A stretch of DNA of 43,778 nt from Euryarchaeota archaeon UBA53 (GTDB taxonomy: Archaea > Thermoplasmatota > Poseidoniia > Poseidoniales > Poseidoniaceae): contig DAZU01000114.1 in NCBI GenBank assembly GCA_002507425.1, positions 701 to 44,478 of the forward strand, written 5' to 3'. Positions within the stretch are counted from its first letter, which is position 1. Every line of letters begins with the position of its first letter. This document shows, in pieces, positions 26,146-33,128 of the stretch. The position numbers and the translations under genes were made by a program. The notes under the pieces were generated by a model. It searched no databases and had not been told where the DNA came from. It saw only the letters and a program-made list of their open reading frames with translations.

Positions 26146-28593
26146 TCACTTTTCTTGGTTAGCAAGCCACTGTGCTCCGTACCATTTCCATTGTTCCATA
26201 CTCCAGCCTTCGGGTAGACCCTCGGCTGGTAATGGTGGTGCTACTGGCTCCTGCTTAACTTCTTGAGATTTAGTTGCTGATTCAACCTCTGACTGAGCAT
26301 CATCTTCAATTCCTGCTAGTTCTTCAATGGATGAAGATTCTTCCATGACACCCAACGATTCAGATTGCACTTTATCTGACTTGATATCTATATCACCAAA
26401 TCCATCTTCGACACTTTCTGTATTTTCAGAGATTGACATTGGTTTAACATCATCATCCCAAAACTTGCCGGATTCTACTCCTCCAACAGCAGATAACCCA
26501 GCCTTTCCTTGGAGAGCCTCTGTTTCTGCGCTATTATCCTCAGAAACATAAGGAACGCCATAGGTTTTGACAAGTTCTTTCCTCTTCCTCGCTTTTCCAA
26601 TTGCTGCAACTAGAAGGATAACTGCAACAACAGATATGAATGCAATTCCAAGAACTGGCGCAATTTCAAGCGCCTTGTCAACATAGTCATCACTCTTTGA
26701 GGATTCTGCATTATCATCAGATCCATCTACCCATTCATAATAACTCTCTACCGAATTACCATCCTGTGTTTGCTTGAGAACATACTGTTGATAATCAGAG
26801 TCTCTAATTCCTAAACAGTCCTCTGATACATCGTTCAGAACTATTTCACAATGGTCGGTTTTGGTCTGAATAAGTTTGTTGGAGTCATTATAATCCATAC
26901 TAAATCCGACCTCGTCTCCATCGCTATCCCGGTAATCTCGTTTATCGTTTGGCAGGTCATCTCCGAAATCATAGAATCCGTCTCCATCAGTATCAATACA
27001 TCCAAATTTCTCAATCACAACAAATGTTAGAGACATACTACCATCGTTTTGCATTTCTGGAACGTATGCTTCAGTAGAATTACCCCACTCCAATGGACAA
27101 GTATCTGGATCGTTTCCTTGCAGGTTATCACCATATCCATCTCCATCAGTATCAACCCACTGAGAGTCATCATAAATGGCAAAATCTGCGCCATTAGCGG
27201 TAGTCCAACTCTCGTCAGGGTCTGAATAACCATCTCCATCTGAGTCCTTGCAGCCCGTTCTGTCTAATGTTGAGAATCCATTTTGGTATGGACAGTTATC
27301 TCCATTAAATCCAGTTTCTTCGTCACCAAAGCCGTCTCCGTCTGTATCCTTCCACTGTGTTGGCTCGTCAGGGAACCTATCTCCGCCCTGCTGGTTTTTG
27401 TTATCTCCGTATCCATCACCATCTGTATCTGTCCACTGATAGGAATTATTTGGAAATGCGTCCGATTGGTTACCATCCGAATTATCTCCATACCCATCAC
27501 CGTCTGTATCTGACCATTGTGATTGATCGAGCGGGAATGCATCAGGATTGTTGCCATCACCATTGTCTCCATACCCATCTCCATCTGTATCCTCGCTTTG
27601 AGTTGAATCCTCAGGGAAAAAATCTAGGCTATCTGTTACTCCATCTCCATCTGTATCCAAATCGTAGAGCCTGATTTTGGAAGATAGAGAGAAAGCTGAA
27701 ATGATGTATAATTCACCTGAATTACCATAAACTCCCATCATAACCCTACCTGCAGCATTAAAATCTGAGGTTTCAGTGAAAGTTGTTGCATTAATCACGT
27801 GAAGTTTCCCGTTCTGCGTCCCAACCATAATCTCTCCGCCAGCACCTACGTTAATCGAGATAATAGTCTGTGAACTAGAGATTGATGTGGACTCCATAGA
27901 CCAATCAGTGAAATCATATCTAAACAAATCACCGTTTGCGCATCCTACCAGAATATTCCCATTGCCGTCGTTGATAATCTTACTTGGATAAGACGTGAAA
28001 TCCGATAGACTGGTCTGTAGAATTCCATCTTGACCAGATACCTTCACTAGGTTGTCTCTACCACCTGTGACGATTCTATCCTCTGAGATAATTGTCATAG
28101 AAGTCATTGCTGTGTTGTGGGTAGGAGTGGCAGTCATGGTCCAACCGTTGTTATCATATTCCTTGGCTCTGCGCTCTCCTCCAAAGTAACCTATCCAGAT
28201 ATTACCCTCTGTGTCCCATACGACATAATCAACAGAATTTGAAGTATTGATAGATTTAGAGACTATTCTAAGTTCTGTATTGATTACATAGACGCCTTCT
28301 GAATGGGCTACTGCGACCTGTAAGCCGGTAGCATCAGGAGTCGCAGAATTGGCTGTTACATTAAGCTCGATTGACCATTGAGTTATCAGTTGGCCACTAC
28401 CCCAAAAATGCTCAGAGATGTTCCCTGTATTTGTGACAGTTAACAATGTAGATGATGAGGAGAAGGAAGTATGAACCAGACGATCGTCTAACGTGTCGAT
28501 TACTCCAACATCTAGCAAATTTGTCTCTGCTTCAACTTGAGGTAAAACCGGTAAAACCAACAAAGCAAGTAATACAGCAAGGACCTTCCTCAT
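26146..28593 (-). CDS. Type-I membrane protein: signal peptide, beta-propeller-like ectodomain, thrombospondin type-3 (Ca-binding) repeats, TM helix, ~170-aa acidic cytoplasmic tail
   Basis: MRKVLAVLLALLVLPVLPQVEAE is a signal-like N-terminus (ATG 28593; the track TTG 28677 overlaps the upstream gene). Repeated G-x-I-x-VG..NG blades. Eight DxDGDG motifs plus one degenerate (DSDGDE). TM helix PVLGIAFISVVAVILLVAAIG followed by KARKRK. The tail ends PPLPAEGLPEGWSMEQWKWYGAQWLANQEK. Confidence 0.8.
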   Translation of the reverse strand: MRKVLAVLLALLVLPVLPQVEAETNLLDVGVIDTLDDRLVHTSFSSSSTLLTVTNTGNISEHFWGSGQLITQWSIELNVTANSATPDATGLQVAVAHSEGVYVINTELRIVSKSINTSNSVDYVVWDTEGNIWIGYFGGERRAKEYDNNGWTMTATPTHNTAMTSMTIISEDRIVTGGRDNLVKVSGQDGILQTSLSDFTSYPSKIINDGNGNILVGCANGDLFRYDFTDWSMESTSISSSQTIISINVGAGGEIMVGTQNGKLHVINATTFTETSDFNAAGRVMMGVYGNSGELYIISAFSLSSKIRLYDLDTDGDGVTDSLDFFPEDSTQSEDTDGDGYGDNGDGNNPDAFPLDQSQWSDTDGDGYGDNSDGNQSDAFPNNSYQWTDTDGDGYGDNKNQQGGDRFPDEPTQWKDTDGDGFGDEETGFNGDNCPYQNGFSTLDRTGCKDSDGDGYSDPDESWTTANGADFAIYDDSQWVDTDGDGYGDNLQGNDPDTCPLEWGNSTEAYVPEMQNDGSMSLTFVVIEKFGCIDTDGDGFYDFGDDLPNDKRDYRDSDGDEVGFSMDYNDSNKLIQTKTDHCEIVLNDVSEDCLGIRDSDYQQYVLKQTQDGNSVESYYEWVDGSDDNAESSKSDDYVDKALEIAPVLGIAFISVVAVILLVAAIGKARKRKELVKTYGVPYVSEDNSAETEALQGKAGLSAVGGVESGKFWDDDVKPMSISENTESVEDGFGDIDIKSDKVQSESLGVMEESSSIEELAGIEDDAQSEVESATKSQEVKQEPVAPPLPAEGLPEGWSMEQWKWYGAQWLANQEK
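26890..27670 (-). repeat. In-frame tandem coding repeats (about 78-81 nt period in 27320-27660) encoding DTDGDGYGDN thrombospondin type-3-like units
   Basis: The plus-strand string CCATC(A/T)CC(A/G)TCTGTATC recurs near 27330, 27410, 27495, 27575 and 27645, with related copies at 27135 and 27230. Several reading frames stay open here because of the repeat. Confidence 0.8.
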
Positions 28594-28657
28594 ATCACGT
28601 GCCAATAATTGATGACGTATCAAGGGCTCGGAATAGAGCATTTGTTTAGTTTTCACG

Positions 28658-31252
28658 CTACTCTTCTTTTTCTTCAATGTTTAAAGTAGTGTTTGGCGAT
28701 TCCACAGGTTTCAATACAGTAACCGGCCTTAGTGTTGTGGTTTCGGTTTTGTTAGAACTGCTTCCTGGTTTCATTCCCGGCTCTGATGACGGTGGAGGCC
28801 CTCGGGTTTTAATCGGAGTTAGGACCGCTTTAGTTACGGGTTTTAGCACAGTGGTTTGTTCAACTGCCTCCAGTTTCTTAATGGGCATCAGAGTTGCTGT
28901 CGTTACCGGTTTAATTTCAGATTCCTCAATATCGACTTTTTCTTCTGAAATTGCTTCATCTTGTTCTTCTTCTATGATTACTTGTGGCTCTGTAACCGAT
29001 TCTTCTGCATCCACGCTTGAAATATCTTCTATCAATTCCTCTGGTTCGATTTCCTCGATTTCGGGCTTTACGTCCAATATACCAGACACATCAAGTTCTG
29101 GTTTCTTCACAATTTCTTCTCTAACTGGTTCGACTATTGGCTCAATAGCAGTTGGTAGAGATACCACTGGTTGCTGAATTGGCTGACGAACTATCTTTGG
29201 ATGGATTGGTTGCGGCAAATTAACTGTCCCTGTTGACGCTTGCAAATTACCAATAGGAGCCTTGACTGGGCGAGCCAAAGGTTGGGCTCCACTAAGTGAT
29301 TTAGCCGCAGACCTTGGTGCCCTCATGCCCGCCAATCCCAGGGAAGGCGCATGCTGAGCGGCCGCTTGTGCTAAGGCACCACGTGGTGCTCTGCCCGCTG
29401 CGGCTCCGAGCGAATCAGGTCTTGCACCCAAAGCGGATGGATCAAGGCCAACCTGGATTGGTTTTGCTTGGGTTCCCTTACCCGATATTGCCTGCAGCCA
29501 AGATTGTCTCTTCTCTGCTCTGCTGTCTTGCGATTGCAATGTATCAAATTCAGACTGTTGTTCGGCTAATCTGGCCTCATCAGCTTCTATCTCACTCTGG
29601 ACTTTACCCTCTATTGATTCCCTCATTTTTGATTCTGCCATTTGACGGAAATCATCCATTTGCTGGGTTAAGGAAGATAATCTGTCGCGAATTTCTGCCC
29701 TTTTCACACCAAGTTGAGCTTCAATCTCAGCGCGGATATTTGCTTCACGCTTTCGAACCTCAATCATGGCTTTGTTTCTCATTATCTCCTCTCGCTTGTC
29801 TAATTGCCTTTCAAGCTGAGTTGCAACTTCGTCCTCTTTCCTTGCTCTGAATTCTGCAAGACGCTGCTCCATCTCAGCCTCCAATTCTAGAACAGTTTCT
29901 TCTTTGAGCAGATCTAAATCTGTTTCTTGAGTTAATCTTTCATTCCTCAGACGGCCATCAATCTCTGACATAATCGCTTTCCTTGCAGCGGTTTCTCTGG
30001 CTTGGAATTCAAGTTCCAATCTTTCTGACCAATCTGTTTTCTTCGCATCATACTTGCTTGACATTTGATCGTGTAATTCCGCTTCTCTCTCGTATCTAAA
30101 GCGAGCTAGTCGGTTCTGTATCTCTGCCTCCCTTGCATTTCTGTATGCTGCAAATTCTTGGTCCATTCTTGCTTCTAATTCAGATTCAATTTCAGATTCC
30201 AATGATTTCGATATATCATCGACAGCTTTGGAAAATGTCAAATCATATTTTTCTCGCAGTCGGCTTTTACGTTCAGCCAGTTTTTCAGACTGCTTTTGTT
30301 CAATTTGACGTTCGACCTCACCGCGCAACTGCTCTTTGCGCCTCGCAACAGCTAATTCAACGTCCTGTCTCATCCTTTCTTCCAATTCTTTGGTTTCTGA
30401 TTTCAAACGATTTTCTAAATCTTCCTGTATGGAAACTGCGATGTCCTCTTCTAGCCTAAGGCTGCGTCTTTCATATTCAGCCCGCATTGCAGCCTCCCTC
30501 TGTTTTAATCTCAATTTCAGCTGCTGCTCAAGACGAGTTCTTATCCCGCGACGTAATGATTCTTCTCGCTCCGCTAACTTTTGTGATTGAGTCTCTTCCA
30601 ATTTTTGGACCTCAATAGACTCCATATCCAAAAATCGACTTTCCATCTCATTTTGTATTGTAGCCTCTAACTCACGAATTTTCTTTTGTAGCGATTGGTT
30701 AAATTCAATTTCTAATCTTTCCCTTTGCAATGAAAGCCTTTGCCTATGCTCTTCTGACAACTGTCCTTCAAGTTGAGAAATTACTGAAACTCTGTGTTCC
30801 TCGACCTTGCGTTTTTGTTCTACCTCTAATAATTCCGTTAACGAGTGGATTTCCCTCTCCAATCGCATCTCGTGCATTTCTCTGAGTCTAATCTCTTCTC
30901 GAGTCAAGGTCTCAGATTCAAGTTTAGATAGCTCATCTTCCATTTGCTTTCGTAGGTCTCTTTCAAATGACTCAAGGGTCATTTGATGTTGCGTATCGAG
31001 TTCTGACGCCATGTTATCTTGCATAACGGAAATTCGCTCTGCAAGTGCCTCTCTGCGTAACTTTGCCTGTCTTCTGATATTCGCACGAAGTCTTTCCTCT
31101 TCGCGGAAACGAGAACTTTTCATCATGGTTTGATCCAAAGTGGGACTGGGTGTGGACGTCAATTGTGACCTTAATTTTGAGAGGTCCATATGACCTGATT
31201 CCCCTCTAATATCACTACTTTTCGCTCCTGAATTGCTAACGCTAGCACTCAT
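28658..31252 (-). CDS. 864-aa coiled-coil protein with Ala/Gly/Pro/Arg linker, acidic segment and C-terminal T-x-L-K-P-V repeats
   Basis: Residues ~45-585 are almost pure E/R/K/L/Q heptad-like sequence with recurring modules (ELEARMDQEFAAYRNAREAEIQNRL / ELEAEMEQRLAEFRARKEDEVATQLERQL / ELEERMRQDVELAVARRKEQLRGEVERQI). No Walker motifs and no TM segment. It has its own upstream spacer containing TATAAAT. Confidence 0.8.
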   Translation of the reverse strand: MSASVSNSGAKSSDIRGESGHMDLSKLRSQLTSTPSPTLDQTMMKSSRFREEERLRANIRRQAKLRREALAERISVMQDNMASELDTQHQMTLESFERDLRKQMEDELSKLESETLTREEIRLREMHEMRLEREIHSLTELLEVEQKRKVEEHRVSVISQLEGQLSEEHRQRLSLQRERLEIEFNQSLQKKIRELEATIQNEMESRFLDMESIEVQKLEETQSQKLAEREESLRRGIRTRLEQQLKLRLKQREAAMRAEYERRSLRLEEDIAVSIQEDLENRLKSETKELEERMRQDVELAVARRKEQLRGEVERQIEQKQSEKLAERKSRLREKYDLTFSKAVDDISKSLESEIESELEARMDQEFAAYRNAREAEIQNRLARFRYEREAELHDQMSSKYDAKKTDWSERLELEFQARETAARKAIMSEIDGRLRNERLTQETDLDLLKEETVLELEAEMEQRLAEFRARKEDEVATQLERQLDKREEIMRNKAMIEVRKREANIRAEIEAQLGVKRAEIRDRLSSLTQQMDDFRQMAESKMRESIEGKVQSEIEADEARLAEQQSEFDTLQSQDSRAEKRQSWLQAISGKGTQAKPIQVGLDPSALGARPDSLGAAAGRAPRGALAQAAAQHAPSLGLAGMRAPRSAAKSLSGAQPLARPVKAPIGNLQASTGTVNLPQPIHPKIVRQPIQQPVVSLPTAIEPIVEPVREEIVKKPELDVSGILDVKPEIEEIEPEELIEDISSVDAEESVTEPQVIIEEEQDEAISEEKVDIEESEIKPVTTATLMPIKKLEAVEQTTVLKPVTKAVLTPIKTRGPPPSSEPGMKPGSSSNKTETTTLRPVTVLKPVESPNTTLNIEEKEE

Positions 31253-31353
31253 AGGATCCCCATCCGCTAATATATCCAGCTCTCATAATAGATAAGGAAC
31301 GCGATGTAAATCACTGTGCGCGCCACGATTTATACGACATTTCGCATCTACCA

Positions 31354-32238
31354 CTAGTCATCCTCATCCGACCTCATTTCGCTTTTTACAATGTAAGGTC
31401 CGAAGATAATGTAAATCAACATCAAAATCAATGAAATAGAGAATAATAACATCGTGAATGCTGTTCCATCCAAATCACTTGCAAAGTCGTCCTTTTTTGT
31501 AAATGACATTGCGTGAATAACTGCAAACAATACAGCTGCAAATTGTATTGCCGATAAGCGCAAAGGAAAACCAGATTTCAATTTAGACATCTTTCTATCT
31601 GATATCATCAAACCTCCACTTATTACCAATATTGGCAAAATCGTGAAATCAAGATACGGATGATCGCCCTCACCAAAGCAAATAGCACAATTTGACTGAG
31701 AAAGATCAGGACCTATCCCTGAGGAGGGTTGAAGCCATATCAGACCCGCAACGGAAATAATCAACATTGCACTTGCTGGCGAGGCTAAACCGTAAAAATA
31801 AGGAACGCTACCTCCTTTCTCGTGTTGGAATCTAGCAAGTCTTAGCATTCCACAGGCAATTAACCAACAGCAAGCGATTGCAAGGCTGATAGTCCAAATC
31901 GGGCTTGCTTCTCCCCACCTTCCAAACATGACGAATACCAATAATGCTGGAGCAACGCAAAATGAAATGCAATCAGACATTATGTCAAGAGAGCCACCTA
32001 ATATCTGCCTCTTAGAATACCTTCGTGCTATTGGTCCATCAATAATATCTCCGAGCGCAGAGAGCAGAATACACAACATTGCACCCCAAACGTAATCAGT
32101 TTTGATTCCTGCATCATATGGATTAGCTGATATATCCTCTACCGCTAGTAACAACAGAAATATCGAACAGGTCCCAAGTATGCCATTAGAGATGGTAATA
32201 TAGTCTGCTAAACCCATCATCCTGTATGTGGTTTTCAT
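31354..32238 (-). CDS. pssA: CDP-alcohol phosphatidyltransferase, archaetidylserine synthase-like
   Basis: Family signature D-x2-DG-x2-AR-x8-G-x3-D-x3-D in GDIIDGPIARRYSKRQILGGSLDIMSDCISFCVAPA. The G-x-x-LD-x-x-x-D-x-x-SF-x-x-APA context resembles PssA. Multiple TM helices. Confidence 0.75.
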   Translation of the reverse strand: MKTTYRMMGLADYITISNGILGTCSIFLLLLAVEDISANPYDAGIKTDYVWGAMLCILLSALGDIIDGPIARRYSKRQILGGSLDIMSDCISFCVAPALLVFVMFGRWGEASPIWTISLAIACCWLIACGMLRLARFQHEKGGSVPYFYGLASPASAMLIISVAGLIWLQPSSGIGPDLSQSNCAICFGEGDHPYLDFTILPILVISGGLMISDRKMSKLKSGFPLRLSAIQFAAVLFAVIHAMSFTKKDDFASDLDGTAFTMLLFSISLILMLIYIIFGPYIVKSEMRSDEDD

Positions 32239-32249
32239 ACAATAATCCC

Positions 32250-32648
32250 TCAGAACTTTACCTTAAATGAAACGTCACACGCTGGGCATAATACCTCTCT
32301 CTCACCCGGGCGCTTGTTCATCCGTAATTTTCTATCACACGCTGGGCAACTTATCTCAACTTTTGGCTTATGTGGATTTAGAACAAAGTGAGAGCCACAC
32401 GCTGAGCATTGCAAATTCGCAGGCCTTTTATCCACTCCCACAACTAAAATTTTTGAGCAGTCAGGACAACTAACCTTCTCCTGTCGCCATTTCTTTCTGG
32501 TTCCTTCATGTTCAACTTTTACATCGGATTTGCACATAACGCAATGAATAATTCCCAACCCATTAGGCAAGAGTTGGTCGCACTTTGGACAAGACAAGTC
32601 GGGTGCCCCAATTTTTGATTCAATACCAGGTGTCTCTTCTTCTAGCAT
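32250..32648 (-). CDS. Triple zinc-ribbon protein (six CxxC pairs)
   Basis: Three repeats of CPxC ... CxxC (CPKC/CVMC, CPDC/CSAC, CPAC/CPAC), 12 Cys in 132 aa. On the plus strand the 14-mers TCACACGCTGGGCA (32275 and 32335) and CCACACGCTGAGCA (32395) recur at exactly 60-bp spacing. Confidence 0.65.
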   Translation of the reverse strand: MLEEETPGIESKIGAPDLSCPKCDQLLPNGLGIIHCVMCKSDVKVEHEGTRKKWRQEKVSCPDCSKILVVGVDKRPANLQCSACGSHFVLNPHKPKVEISCPACDRKLRMNKRPGEREVLCPACDVSFKVKF

Positions 32649-32687
32649 AATTAACCAAATCCTGTATTAGAATATCATTGTGAAATT

Positions 32688-33116
32688 TTAGTTCTTTCTT
32701 CCTATTATCTCTAAACTTTCCAGACTCACAGTTTCGAGAGAGAGATTGGATCCAGAAAGGTCTAATAATTCCCTTAGCATTGTTCTTGCTGCCGCTTGAA
32801 CTCTGGGATTTGATAAATCAATTGACCCAAGTGAATTATTAGCAGTCTCAATCGAACCATCGCTTGGTAGTGGTACTCTATCTATTACACACCACCATCT
32901 AGTTCTTCCTTGATCTCTATGATTCATTACCAAACCTAGAGATTCTAATTTCCTCAAGTGATGATAGAGATTGTATCTGTCAACGCCAACAATTTTCTGA
33001 AGTTGGACAGTAGTGTATTCATCAGCATCAAGAAGAGCGACATACAGCGCTCTGCGAGTTGGATGCATCAGAGAAGTGCTGACCGGGTCTGCATGAATCC
33101 TAGCCATATCTATCAC
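32688..33116 (-). CDS. ArsR-type winged-helix transcription regulator
   Basis: HPTRRALYVALLDADEYTTVQLQKIVGVDRYNLYHHLRKLESLGLV is the ArsR/SmtB HTH pattern. No CxC or His-rich metal site is evident. There is a C-terminal extension of about 55 aa. The start is GTG 33116 or ATG 33107. Confidence 0.75.
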   Translation of the reverse strand: MIDMARIHADPVSTSLMHPTRRALYVALLDADEYTTVQLQKIVGVDRYNLYHHLRKLESLGLVMNHRDQGRTRWWCVIDRVPLPSDGSIETANNSLGSIDLSNPRVQAAARTMLRELLDLSGSNLSLETVSLESLEIIGRKN

Positions 33117-33128
33117 CGTTATTATGCC

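Noticed and set aside
27250-27670. Regular ~80-bp periodic repeat that at first glance looks like a repeat-spacer array
   Set aside because: The repeats are in-frame and encode DxDGDG thrombospondin-type-3 units inside an 815-aa ORF. The 'spacers' are also conserved (DAFP..QW). It is a coding tandem repeat, not a CRISPR array.
29230-29490. Locally GC-rich patch inside an otherwise ~40% GC region, considered as a possible foreign insertion or RNA gene
   Set aside because: It is in-frame within the coiled-coil gene and encodes an Ala/Gly/Pro/Arg-rich linker (GAAAGRAPRGALAQAAAQHAPSLGLAGMRAPR). The composition follows from the amino-acid content.
28677-29850. Two long plus-strand ORFs (166 and 178 aa) antisense to the coiled-coil gene
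   Set aside because: The repetitive GAA/GAG/CTT-rich coding sequence keeps the opposite strand open. The minus-strand frame is continuous over 864 codons with a coherent heptad-like composition.
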